From Flavihumibacter sp. (GTDB lineage Bacteria; Bacteroidota; Bacteroidia; Chitinophagales; Chitinophagaceae), in NCBI GenBank assembly GCA_039811405.1, contig JBDHYM010000001.1:6414-70413 (forward strand): 64,000 bases of DNA, in the 5' to 3' direction. The translations under genes and the position numbers were made by a program. Position 1 is the first letter of the stretch, and the number at the start of each line of letters is the position of its first letter. Below are positions 39,863 to 49,188 of the stretch, piece after piece. Below the pieces are notes generated by a model. The model saw only the letters and a program-made list of their open reading frames with translations, ran no database searches and was not told the DNA's origin.

Positions 39863-40879
39863 TTACTGTTCTTTAGGTTGTAACTGAATAAGCGCTACTA
39901 TCTTCTTCACATCGTCGACCGATACCGGCTTTGCATTGTTTCCCCAACTGCTGCGCTCATGGTTAATGATGGCGGCGATCTCGTCGGGCTGCAGATCGGC
40001 ATTGGTACCTACGGCGGGCATGGGGCCAAAGCCTTCGCTTACCCGACCGGAATAACCATTAAGAATGATCTCCACGAAAACGCCGATACTGTCGGCCAGT
40101 ACGATCTTACTTCCCTTTAAGGGCGGAAAAGCACCGGTCAATCCCTCGCCATTCGGCTGGTGGCAGCTCTGGCAATGCATCGCGTACAATTCGCCTCCAT
40201 CTGCCGCAGCGGTACCACCTGCCGCGCCGGCGCTGTCCATTTGTTTGCGGCGATACAGGAAATCGGGAGACGGCATGCCATCGGGCAGCTTCACCTGCCT
40301 GAGCGACTGCAGGTAAGCGACCAGTTGCAGCGCCTCTTTTTTTGCCACCACCTTGCCCGTTGCACCCTGTAGAAATTCCGCGGGCACATTTACCACCACA
40401 TCGCCTTTAGCCGGTTCTTTTTTGATCTCGAACAGCCAGGGATAGGCCGGCATGATGCTTTCTTTCACCAGTATTCTCGGGTTGAAAAAATGCGTCAGGT
40501 TCCAGGCCTGGTTCCCCTGCCGGTTACCGACATCCGTCAAATCGGGGCCGGTACGTTCGGTGCCCATCAGGGTGGCTGTATTGCGCCAGAGATCGGTTCG
40601 TTTGATACCTGCATAGTCGGCCGCGACGCCCGGGCGTTGTCCCCACATTTTGTCCATATCCACATTGCGTACCTGCTGCGTATGACAAGCAACACATCCG
40701 TTGGCGATAAATACATTTTTGCCCGCAATGGCATCTGCGCTTAAAGGAACGGCACCCGGCAGGGGCCTGTTTATTTTTTCGTTGTTCATTGCCGGAACAA
40801 TGGCCACCAGCAGGGTAAGCCCAACAAAGAGCAGCAGCGCTGCTGAAAACAGTATCTTATGATCGTCAAACCATTTCAT
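39863..40879 (-). CDS. ccoO: cbb3-type oxidase subunit II-like protein fused to a second cytochrome c
   Basis: GCVACHTQQVR, GTERTGPDL, SIMPAYPWLF (FixO); second heme CQSCH..G.G..GAFPPL..MP. Confidence 0.88.
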   Translation of the reverse strand: MKWFDDHKILFSAALLLFVGLTLLVAIVPAMNNEKINRPLPGAVPLSADAIAGKNVFIANGCVACHTQQVRNVDMDKMWGQRPGVAADYAGIKRTDLWRNTATLMGTERTGPDLTDVGNRQGNQAWNLTHFFNPRILVKESIMPAYPWLFEIKKEPAKGDVVVNVPAEFLQGATGKVVAKKEALQLVAYLQSLRQVKLPDGMPSPDFLYRRKQMDSAGAAGGTAAADGGELYAMHCQSCHQPNGEGLTGAFPPLKGSKIVLADSIGVFVEIILNGYSGRVSEGFGPMPAVGTNADLQPDEIAAIINHERSSWGNNAKPVSVDDVKKIVALIQLQPKEQ

Positions 40880-42900
40880 TGATTACTCGTTTTTTCATCT
40901 GTGCCAAGTCTTTCCTGCAGCACCTGTATCAGCTTCTCATTTACATCTGTCACATTTCGGGCAGGCATCATCTTATAGAGATTGTAGGCAAAGAATAAAT
41001 GGGAGGTCCACATCAGCGAGCCGCCGATCGCCCGCCACAGCCAGTGCGGCTTCATCATCACCACGCTGTCGATAAACGGCTTCCCTTCCATCCATAACAG
41101 TCCGCGGAGCGTACTACCGTACATCAACGGTACCGTGTAAAAAAGCAGCCCGATCAGCGCCAGCCAGAAATGGGCGCCCACCGTTACCTGCGGTGCTTCC
41201 TGCTGGGTGAACCGGGGCACGATGGTGTAGATGCAGGCCCACAGGAAAAAGCTGATGATGCCGTACATGGTGAGGTGCGAATGCGCCACGGTAAAATCGG
41301 TAAAATGCCAGATCAGGTTGGTGCTGCGGAAGGCCTCGGCGGTGCCTTGCAGGGAGCCGGTGAAATAGAATATTGTGCCGACCAGGAAGAAGGGCAATGT
41401 ATAGCTGTCGTTCAGCTTGTACCAGCCGTTCTTAAATGTCATCAGGAAATTGGTAGTGCCTGCGATGACCGGTATGACCATGCCGGCGCTGCCGAAGATG
41501 GCCACGGTTTGCAGCCACCAGGGGATGGAGCTGAATACGAAGTGGTGTGTACCAATCAGTGTATAAAAAAGTATCTGCGTCCAGAAGGCCAAAATACCCA
41601 GGCTATACGAATAGATCGGCTTATTGAGCTGCTGCGGCAGGTAATAATATACCAGGCCCAGGGTGAAAAGCATAAACCACATACCCACACCCTGGTGCAT
41701 ATAATATCCCTGTATGATCGTTTCGCCCAGTCCGTTTTGCCAGCTTGGCCAGTATGCGGTGATGGCAATGACCAGGCAAAACATCAGGGCCGCAACGATA
41801 TACCAGTTGGCGATGTATATCTCCTTGGTTTTCCGGCGGGCGATGGTTCGCAGGAAATTGTACAGGGTAAGCGCCAGGGCCACGGCAAAGGGCAGCATCA
41901 CGGGCCATATATACTCACGGTATTCGCCGCCGCCGTTGTTGATACCTGCCATCAGCGTAATGCTGCCGATAACCACGGTGGCGTTGATCAGTATCAATGA
42001 ATACCAGCCCAGTTTAAAACTGAATATCTTTCCGTTTCCCACCCTTGGCACCACATAATAGCCCAGGCCGATCATGCCCAGCGACGCCCATCCCCAGAAT
42101 ACGGCATTGGTGTGTACGGGTCGCAGGCGGCCAAAGCTCAGCCAGCTCAAATGGTCTGCATCGGGCGCTACAAATTTGACGCCTAGGTATTCGCCGATGG
42201 TGGTGCCTGCCAGCAGCCAGCAGGTGGCGGTTATGAGGTACCAGAGTACCAGCCGGCCCATACGCGGATCAACCGCAGTGCGCTGTGCGGCTTTTCTTTT
42301 CAGCGCTACAAAGGGCAAACCGGCTTCTTCATTTACGCGTAATAGTCCGCGGCTGTCGTCGGCTTCGGCGACGCCCGACAATTCGTTGTGGGTGAGCGAA
42401 TATCCCGCCGCCTGTTGCTGGTGCCGTAATACCTGCGTGATCTTTTCCACCGGCTGCTGCTGCAGGTAGGCGGCCAGGGCTTGCGCTTTTTGATTGTTGC
42501 CGGCTGTACGGTAACGGTAGATCTCCTTTTTCACCCGGCCGATCAGCAAGGCGACGGCCGCCAGCACCGGTATCAGCAATAATGCGATGGTGATGAGAAT
42601 ACCGGTTTGCGAGAACAGTGGCGGGCGGGCGCCATCCTGGGCAACGGAGAAGAGCGGTAGCGCCATACAGAAAGCAGCTACCAGCAGGCCGTTTCTCTTT
42701 GACATGAGTTGTATCACCTGCTTTACCTGGCGATGATCCATCAAGCTGATCTGTTTGGTGAAAAAGGATTCGTCGCCCGGCTTCTTTGCCTGGGTGATGG
42801 CATCTCTGAGTTGCCGCGAGGCTTTATACAGGTAGAGTGCAGCCATCAAAACCAGCAATGCGATGGCGCAGGGTAGCAAAAAGGTAACAGCAGGTTCCAT
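40876..42900 (-). CDS. ccoN: Divergent cbb3-type (C-family) heme-copper oxidoreductase subunit I with ~210-aa N-terminal extension
   Basis: GRLRPVHTNAV, GEYRE, YMHQGVG, FYTLIGTHH, HFTDFTVAHSH: all six His ligands and the helix-VII Tyr present. Confidence 0.88.
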   Translation of the reverse strand: MEPAVTFLLPCAIALLVLMAALYLYKASRQLRDAITQAKKPGDESFFTKQISLMDHRQVKQVIQLMSKRNGLLVAAFCMALPLFSVAQDGARPPLFSQTGILITIALLLIPVLAAVALLIGRVKKEIYRYRTAGNNQKAQALAAYLQQQPVEKITQVLRHQQQAAGYSLTHNELSGVAEADDSRGLLRVNEEAGLPFVALKRKAAQRTAVDPRMGRLVLWYLITATCWLLAGTTIGEYLGVKFVAPDADHLSWLSFGRLRPVHTNAVFWGWASLGMIGLGYYVVPRVGNGKIFSFKLGWYSLILINATVVIGSITLMAGINNGGGEYREYIWPVMLPFAVALALTLYNFLRTIARRKTKEIYIANWYIVAALMFCLVIAITAYWPSWQNGLGETIIQGYYMHQGVGMWFMLFTLGLVYYYLPQQLNKPIYSYSLGILAFWTQILFYTLIGTHHFVFSSIPWWLQTVAIFGSAGMVIPVIAGTTNFLMTFKNGWYKLNDSYTLPFFLVGTIFYFTGSLQGTAEAFRSTNLIWHFTDFTVAHSHLTMYGIISFFLWACIYTIVPRFTQQEAPQVTVGAHFWLALIGLLFYTVPLMYGSTLRGLLWMEGKPFIDSVVMMKPHWLWRAIGGSLMWTSHLFFAYNLYKMMPARNVTDVNEKLIQVLQERLGTDEKTSNQ

Positions 42901-42917
42901 ATTCTATATAATATATT

Positions 42918-42933
42918 AATACCTTTTTATCTT
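42918..42933. promoter_or_regulatory. Candidate second Rrf2 operator upstream of ccoN-like gene
   Basis: AATACCTTTTTATCTT resembles the core CAGACAAGTTTATCTG of the palindrome upstream of rrf2; AT-rich flanks. Confidence 0.4.
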
Positions 42934-42951
42934 ATTTACAGGTAAAAAATA

Positions 42952-43386
42952 TCAATTTCGTTTCAGCATAATCACTTCATCGGGCCGCAATGCCTTGAAC
43001 TGTTCCAGGGTGGCCGATTTATAAATCTTATACAGGGTGGCCCGGGCCTGCTTGTATTCGGCGTGAATGGGACAGGGCTTTTTTTCGGAACAGTAATCCA
43101 GCCCCACACCGCAACCCTTAAACATCTTGTCGCCGTCGATGGCTATTACAATATCGGCCAGCGACCGTTTCGCGTCTTTTTCATCGATATAGAAACCGCC
43201 GTAGCGCCCCTTCGACGACTGCAGGAACCCCTGTTTACTCAGTCCCTGTAATATCTTACCGACGAATAATTCCGGCGAGCTGATCTTCTCGGAAATTTCC
43301 TTGATGCTCACCATCTGCCCGTCTTTGGAATGCTGTGCGATATAGATCATGGCGCGGAGCGCATATTCGCAGGTTTTCGATAACAT
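42952..43386 (-). CDS. Rrf2-family transcriptional regulator (Fe-S binding, NsrR/IscR-like)
   Basis: MLSKTCEYALRA, S.KG.YGGF, three Cys plus His in GCGVGLDYCSEKKPCPIH. Confidence 0.93.
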   Translation of the reverse strand: MLSKTCEYALRAMIYIAQHSKDGQMVSIKEISEKISSPELFVGKILQGLSKQGFLQSSKGRYGGFYIDEKDAKRSLADIVIAIDGDKMFKGCGVGLDYCSEKKPCPIHAEYKQARATLYKIYKSATLEQFKALRPDEVIMLKRN

Positions 43387-43402
43387 GGAGCGGTTTTCAG
43401 GA

Positions 43403-43451
43403 CAAAGGTAGCTGAAAATTTAATTCAGACAAGTTTATCTGAATTAAATTT
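43403..43451 (-). promoter_or_regulatory. rrf2 promoter (-7 TACCTTTG at 43410-43403) with adjacent 14-bp perfect inverted repeat operator
   Basis: AAATTTAATTCAGA-caagttta-TCTGAATTAAATTT at 43416-43451, immediately upstream of the TAnnTTTG element. Confidence 0.7.
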
Positions 43452-43473
43452 CCCCTGCCATGCACTGCTTCCC

Positions 43474-44454
43474 TTAGGCTCCCAGGGCCTTTTTTGCAAA
43501 TTCAACGCATTTTGCCACTTCTTTTACACCGTCGGAGCCCGGCGGTATATTGTATTCAAGCTCGATAGTGGCCGGAAAAGCATATTTCGATTTCGACATA
43601 AGCTGCAGCACTTCTATAATCGGCGTATCGCCCTGGCCCCACGGAAGATTGGCGCCACCGTTCTCTTTGCTTTTCCGGTCCTTGAAATGAATGCTGTCAA
43701 TACGATCATGCTTCGCTTTAATAAAAGGAATGGGATCAAATCCTGCAGCTATATAATGTCCCATATCCAAATTGACGGCATTATACCTGGACTCCCGAAG
43801 CGCATTGTCCCACAAATCAAACCGCTGCTGCAGATGACCATGGTAGCCGATGCATATTTTGTGCCGGCCTGCTATCTCAGCAAACCGTTTGGTTTGGGTA
43901 TGATCTTCTGGAAATTCAACATTCACCTGGTTCGCCCCCAGGACCTTGGCTGCACGAAATGCATAATCAAATTCTGCATCGGTATTCGTTGCGTCAAATA
44001 CGCGGGGTTTGAACCCGTAAATGCTGATACCCGCTTCCCTAAACATCTTCCTGACCTGCTTGTACTTCGTCATTGCCACCTTTGGCCTCCACTCGGCCAT
44101 ACTTTTCATATAAGACTGCCAGGCCTCATCCGTTTCTCTTGCTTTTGCAGAAACAAAGGGAGGAGATTTGGGTGCGCCTGCAAACTCCTCAACTGCATCG
44201 GCCATTAATTCTACTGCACTTACATTGCTTTCTTTGCAATACTGAATAATTTGTTCAATGTCACTATTACCAGGCATACTTCGAAACGAATAGGTAATTA
44301 CACCAACTTGTACGCCTTTGAATATCGATTTCGGCTTACCAAAATCCTTAATATAAGCAGGACACCCAATGAACGACCTTTTCCCCAGAACCACTCCCGC
44401 GGTTGTCAATGTAGTTAGCTGCAAAAATTTTCGCCTGGTCTGATGCTGGCTCAT
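43474..44454 (-). CDS. Tat-exported xylose-isomerase-like TIM-barrel protein (sugar phosphate isomerase/epimerase family)
   Basis: TRRKFL twin-arginine signal; GVITYSFR, YHGH, LDMGH, HFKD, IELEY. Confidence 0.88.
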   Translation of the reverse strand: MSQHQTRRKFLQLTTLTTAGVVLGKRSFIGCPAYIKDFGKPKSIFKGVQVGVITYSFRSMPGNSDIEQIIQYCKESNVSAVELMADAVEEFAGAPKSPPFVSAKARETDEAWQSYMKSMAEWRPKVAMTKYKQVRKMFREAGISIYGFKPRVFDATNTDAEFDYAFRAAKVLGANQVNVEFPEDHTQTKRFAEIAGRHKICIGYHGHLQQRFDLWDNALRESRYNAVNLDMGHYIAAGFDPIPFIKAKHDRIDSIHFKDRKSKENGGANLPWGQGDTPIIEVLQLMSKSKYAFPATIELEYNIPPGSDGVKEVAKCVEFAKKALGA

Positions 44455-44466
44455 AGAAAATATATT

Positions 44467-47271
44467 TTATTTTTTAGCTGGCTTAGCTTTTTCAGGTTTT
44501 TCAATAGTCTCTTTTCGAAACTCTATATCTTTTAGAGTAAGCAAGGGCTGATTCGGACCCGCCTTCGCGTTCTTAAATACAAGATACAGGTCAACCACGC
44601 CGATACTGTCCGAACCCAGGTCCACAAAAACATCCCTCTTTCCCCGCAACACAGATCTATTGAAAACCCCACTTGTATCCTCCGACACCTCAATCGGGAC
44701 AGTGCCGAACAACTTTCCGTTCGGATTATTCTCCCGAACTTCGATAGTACCTCCACTATTGTTCTCGCGAATAGTTGCCGCTACCTCGAGCTTAAGCGAC
44801 TTAATGCCTGTTAGATCTATCTTTGAAAAGCTTATAAACCCGTTGTGTCGCGGCTTTACCAATGCTTCTCCGGATGTTCCCAGTCTTCCATCGATGATAG
44901 CGTCAACTCCTTCTTTCCGATCGGCGCTTTTTACGGAAACTTTCGGATTAATCAATTTCTTCAACAAATAGGCCTTTTGCGAGGGGATATTTCCCTGGGG
45001 TTGATCGGAATAGCTGGCTTGCAGGATTAGTGATCCCGTACCGGCGTCATCTTTCTGAACGTTCTGCATAAAGCTGCCCTCAAGAGGCAAGCCTGCGTCT
45101 TTCTTTCCGGTAAGCTCCATGATGTACTTAAGAATTGTATGTGCATCATTGTCTGTTACCGATGGATTAGCAGGCATAGCCGCTTCACCCCAAACCCCCG
45201 ACCCGCCTGTTTGAATCTTTCGAATCAATCGGTCTATTTCCGACGACTCCGATTTATATTTTTCAGATATCTGCTTTAGTCCCGGACCAATTGTCTTCAC
45301 TTCCGGGTTATGGCAGTTTACACAATTATTCACCTTCAGCAGTGTTTGTGCAATGGTGACATTAGCCGATGTTTCAAGACCTCGCTGGCTTTGAACAGCC
45401 TCTGCTACATCAAAACCATCGGACACATATTCAATAGAAACCGCCACATTCCCGGCTAAATCCGATCCCTTTTTGATGATTCCGTCTTCGGCGTCGGAAA
45501 CGGTTACAGCATACTTCAGCGCTTCGCCCGGAAAATAAAAGGTATTATTTCCAGCAACGTCGAACGAGATTTCGGGAGGTGTGTTTCCAGATACGATTTC
45601 CACTGACTTGGAATTCGACGCATTGTACGGATCCGATACCGTTAGTGTAACGGTATATTCTCCCTGCTTGTCAAAATTATAAAGGGGATTCTTTTCGTGT
45701 AACTCCTTAACCAGCGTTCCCTCTTTGTCGGTAACGCGCCATAGATAGCTTAGCTGATCGCCGTCGAGGTCTACCGATCCATCGGAAGACAACTGCACGT
45801 CAAAAGGAGGCTTTCCGCCCAGCTTATCCGCATGGGCTTCTACAAGGGGCTTCCGGTTACCGGCGTTATACTCTATTCTCACCAACTGAGACGTTGCGCT
45901 TTTCGCAAAATAAGTACTGCCGTATTCCAGCACATACAGATCCCCTTCAGGCCCAAACTTCATATCGATGGGTTGGATAGGATGATAGGACGGAAGAAAT
46001 TGCTCCATAGAGTCGTAGTCGCCATTCTCCTTCATCGAAATAGCCATAATCCAGCCGCGGGAGAAATCCACTGCCAGCCATTTCCCTTCATAGTAATCGG
46101 GGAACAGCCGCTTTGCATCCGACGCGAAGTCAGCTCTTCGAAAAATCGGCCCCCCAACCGCACAACGGCTTCCGCTTCCTACTATTGGAAACTCTTCCGA
46201 ATTGGCATACGGATAATAAATAAAGGGACGAGCAATGGGAGGCAATTGCTGGAGTCCGGTGTTGTTAATTGAAAAATTTGTCGGCTTAAGCGAATCCTTA
46301 TAATCCAGGATCGAATCAAGTTTATAGTCGTAGTACGGGAAAGGTGCGTTCGGCCCCACGAAAAACGGCCAGCCAAAATTACCCGGCCCACGCGCCTGGT
46401 TCAATTCGTCATATCCTCTCGGACCAATTCTGGTGTCTTCGTTTGCATCAGGTCCCACCTCTCCCCAATACACGAATCCCGTCTTGCTGTCCACAAAAAT
46501 CCGCCAGGGATTACGAAGGCCCATGGCATATATTTCCGGCCGGGTTTTATCCGTTCCTTTGGGAAAAAGGTTGCCATCGGGTATCGTATAAGTGCCGTCG
46601 TCTTCGGGATGAATCCTTATAATTTTACCGCGTAAATCATTTGTATTCCAGGCATGGCCCTGGTCATCCCAACTTGAGCGGCCTTCGCGCTCGTCTGTCT
46701 GGCCGCCAATATTGCTGCCGGTGTTATTGCCAATCGTCAGGTACAGATTCTTATCCTCGTCCCACGCCATACCACCGCCGGTATGGCAACAAACCTCCCG
46801 CTGGGTATGTACCTCCAACAAAACCTTCTCAGACGACGGAAGAAGCTTTCGGTCCTGTAATATCCATCTTGTAAGGATATGTTTCTTTTCGGTTGGATGC
46901 GCATAATAAATATACGCCCAGTGATTGGTCTCGTAGTCCGGATCCAAAGAAAAGCCCATGAGCCCCTCTTCGGCTTCTCTGACCACCCCTGCGGCAGATG
47001 TGTACTTGGTGTTGACAGGAATATGAGCAATGGTGATCGTGGAATCCCATTCCCCGACATACATCTTTACATCACCTTTTCTTTCAATGATAACGACGTC
47101 CCCATTCTTCATTGGTTCAAATACAATGGGCTCATCCAACCCCTGCGCCAGCACAACAGGCGTAAACCTGCTTTCATCCGGCCTGGTTGGTTTTGTCAGC
47201 GTCTGATCCGTGCCGCAATATGAAAAAAAGTATAGCGTAAAAAGAACTCCGATGAGTCTGATCGATTTCAT
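44467..47271 (-). CDS. Glucose/sorbosone (PQQ-type) dehydrogenase propeller + PKD + cytochrome c + CBM6-like lipoprotein
   Basis: Lipobox-like FSYC; CCHTGG, GDN-equivalent GNN, LRGKIIRI, GLRNPWR, GNFGWP; PKD S.D.DG..LSY.W; CVNCH..GP..G.GVWG..MP; C-terminal IDLTGI..GG.IEVR..DLYLVF. Confidence 0.88.
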   Translation of the reverse strand: MKSIRLIGVLFTLYFFSYCGTDQTLTKPTRPDESRFTPVVLAQGLDEPIVFEPMKNGDVVIIERKGDVKMYVGEWDSTITIAHIPVNTKYTSAAGVVREAEEGLMGFSLDPDYETNHWAYIYYAHPTEKKHILTRWILQDRKLLPSSEKVLLEVHTQREVCCHTGGGMAWDEDKNLYLTIGNNTGSNIGGQTDEREGRSSWDDQGHAWNTNDLRGKIIRIHPEDDGTYTIPDGNLFPKGTDKTRPEIYAMGLRNPWRIFVDSKTGFVYWGEVGPDANEDTRIGPRGYDELNQARGPGNFGWPFFVGPNAPFPYYDYKLDSILDYKDSLKPTNFSINNTGLQQLPPIARPFIYYPYANSEEFPIVGSGSRCAVGGPIFRRADFASDAKRLFPDYYEGKWLAVDFSRGWIMAISMKENGDYDSMEQFLPSYHPIQPIDMKFGPEGDLYVLEYGSTYFAKSATSQLVRIEYNAGNRKPLVEAHADKLGGKPPFDVQLSSDGSVDLDGDQLSYLWRVTDKEGTLVKELHEKNPLYNFDKQGEYTVTLTVSDPYNASNSKSVEIVSGNTPPEISFDVAGNNTFYFPGEALKYAVTVSDAEDGIIKKGSDLAGNVAVSIEYVSDGFDVAEAVQSQRGLETSANVTIAQTLLKVNNCVNCHNPEVKTIGPGLKQISEKYKSESSEIDRLIRKIQTGGSGVWGEAAMPANPSVTDNDAHTILKYIMELTGKKDAGLPLEGSFMQNVQKDDAGTGSLILQASYSDQPQGNIPSQKAYLLKKLINPKVSVKSADRKEGVDAIIDGRLGTSGEALVKPRHNGFISFSKIDLTGIKSLKLEVAATIRENNSGGTIEVRENNPNGKLFGTVPIEVSEDTSGVFNRSVLRGKRDVFVDLGSDSIGVVDLYLVFKNAKAGPNQPLLTLKDIEFRKETIEKPEKAKPAKK

Positions 47272-47301
47272 TTTTACTTGATTGTAAACTGATAGGGATA
47301 A

Positions 47302-47335
47302 CAGTAAGGAATATTTACTTGAATATTCCTTACTG
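47302..47335. terminator. 14-bp hairpin between susD and dehydrogenase gene (terminator or stability element)
   Basis: CAGTAAGGAATATT-tacttg-AATATTCCTTACTG. Confidence 0.55.
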
Positions 47336-47357
47336 CCTTTCCGGCTTTTTTAAATGC

Positions 47358-49178
47358 CTAATAGTTGGGATTTTGCTTCAGGGTAAATACGCCGTCCTTG
47401 AAACTGTTGTCTATTGCAGTCTGAGGAATAGGCATCAGGGCATCGGGAACTCGTGAATAGGCAGCAGTTGACAAATATCCCCGCAGCCGCGATTCGTATC
47501 GTATGTAATTGCCGAGCACCTCATTGTCAGTAGCGCCGTCAGCTAAGCCAAAACGGATTATATCATACCCTGCATGTCCTTCCAAACCCAATTCCAATGC
47601 CCGCTCCATCAATACTGCAGCAAGCGCATTCTTTTGGTCGGCAAAGGCCGGCGAAGACGCGGGGTACAGACCAATTCTATAATTGGCAGCCGGTGAATTG
47701 TCTGCATTCAGTACCCAGTTAGCCGGGCTTGCGGTATTTACTGCCATTCTGTTTCTGACCTGGTTCACTAAAATGCGCGCACCCTCGAAATCACCCAGTC
47801 TTGCGGATAATTCTGCCGACATCAACAACACGTCTGCAAATCGCATGATACAAATATTCAGGCTATTGAAGGGCCTCCCGCCCGGAGAGTCATCAATACC
47901 TGCCCTGGCTTTTAACGTAAAAAATTTCTTAGTCATGTAGGGGCTTCCTGCCGCTTGGTCTCTCAACCAGGCCTTGCCTTGCATAGGCCCATAGTCCAAA
48001 AACGGTATCCCCCTTCTACCCACCGTCCAGTCCAGCCGGGGATCTATCAATCCGCCATCGGGTGTAAAGGGCTGCGACGATTCCAAACCGTCATCGCTGG
48101 CAATTGGCTGGGCATTCCTTGCATCCTCATCAAATATCGGAAGCCCGTTAGCATCAACACGAAAATGATTTACAAACCATTGAGAGGGACATACAAATCC
48201 AAACCCCCTACCCAATGTAGGACCGCTTTGCGAGATTGAGCCAATATACTGAACATCAATATTAGCATTCGCCTGCGGGCTTAGTGCAGCATCAAAAGGA
48301 CTGCGACTACCATCATTCACGGAGTGCTGAACCGCAAATACCGTTTCACTTCCATTTTCCTTTTGACTGTCAAAATTATCATGATAGTTGTCAAGCAATC
48401 TGTACTTGATGCCCTGGTCGTTCACACCATTCAAAATAACGTCGTCAAGCTGCGCTTTGGCCTGAGCATAAAGCTGGTTATCCTTTCGCCCGTTTCCCAG
48501 ATACAACAGGGCTTTTCCGTAATAAGCTTTCGCAGCCCACTTATTTGGCCGGCCCAAATCTTTTTGTTGTTCCGGAAGGTTGTTCATTGCAAAGGAAAAA
48601 TCCGCCAAAACATCATCCCAAACGTCAATGTAATTGCCGTTATTATCTGTATTGCTTACTCTAGGATCATCAATGTTATTTTCATCCACACGCGGAATAT
48701 TCCCATACAGTCGTTTCAATATAAAATAATAATGACCTCTAAGAAATTTAGCTTCGGCCTCCATTCCAACTCTTTCTTCATTACTGATACCCTGTACCGA
48801 AGGCAACTTCGACAAGACCAGATTGCAACGAAAGATTGCGTCATAAAAATGTGAAAAAAAGGTAGTAATCGAGGTATTTCCAGCCGTAACACTAAACCTT
48901 TGAATTTCCACCATCTGTATCTGATCCGTGCTTATTGAACCTTTATGGGCTTCGCCACCGCGGATACTTCCGAACAGTAGCTGGCCAGGCCCCGTTGCCA
49001 GCCCCGGTCTGCCGTTTAGCGGGCCATACGCGCCTACCAAAGCCTTTTTTATACCTTCCGGAGTGCTCAAACTTTGCTCAGGAAAAGAGCCAACCGCTTC
49101 TTGTTCCAGGAACGTCTTTTTGCATGATACCGTTATTGAGGCGACCAGCAAAAAAGCTATAATGAAATCTGTTTTCAT
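47358..49178 (-). CDS. susD: RagB/SusD family lipoprotein
   Basis: Lipobox TVSC, EAKFLRG.YYF, RFADVLLM, ERALELGLEG, QNPNY terminus. Confidence 0.95.
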   Translation of the reverse strand: MKTDFIIAFLLVASITVSCKKTFLEQEAVGSFPEQSLSTPEGIKKALVGAYGPLNGRPGLATGPGQLLFGSIRGGEAHKGSISTDQIQMVEIQRFSVTAGNTSITTFFSHFYDAIFRCNLVLSKLPSVQGISNEERVGMEAEAKFLRGHYYFILKRLYGNIPRVDENNIDDPRVSNTDNNGNYIDVWDDVLADFSFAMNNLPEQQKDLGRPNKWAAKAYYGKALLYLGNGRKDNQLYAQAKAQLDDVILNGVNDQGIKYRLLDNYHDNFDSQKENGSETVFAVQHSVNDGSRSPFDAALSPQANANIDVQYIGSISQSGPTLGRGFGFVCPSQWFVNHFRVDANGLPIFDEDARNAQPIASDDGLESSQPFTPDGGLIDPRLDWTVGRRGIPFLDYGPMQGKAWLRDQAAGSPYMTKKFFTLKARAGIDDSPGGRPFNSLNICIMRFADVLLMSAELSARLGDFEGARILVNQVRNRMAVNTASPANWVLNADNSPAANYRIGLYPASSPAFADQKNALAAVLMERALELGLEGHAGYDIIRFGLADGATDNEVLGNYIRYESRLRGYLSTAAYSRVPDALMPIPQTAIDNSFKDGVFTLKQNPNY

Positions 49179-49188
49179 GTCATTTTTT

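Noticed and set aside
40876-42900. Calling the subunit I a cNOR/qNOR or NO dismutase
   Set aside because: Lacks the HLWVEG FeB-glutamate motif and retains the cbb3-type Tyr; NO activity remains only a hypothesis.
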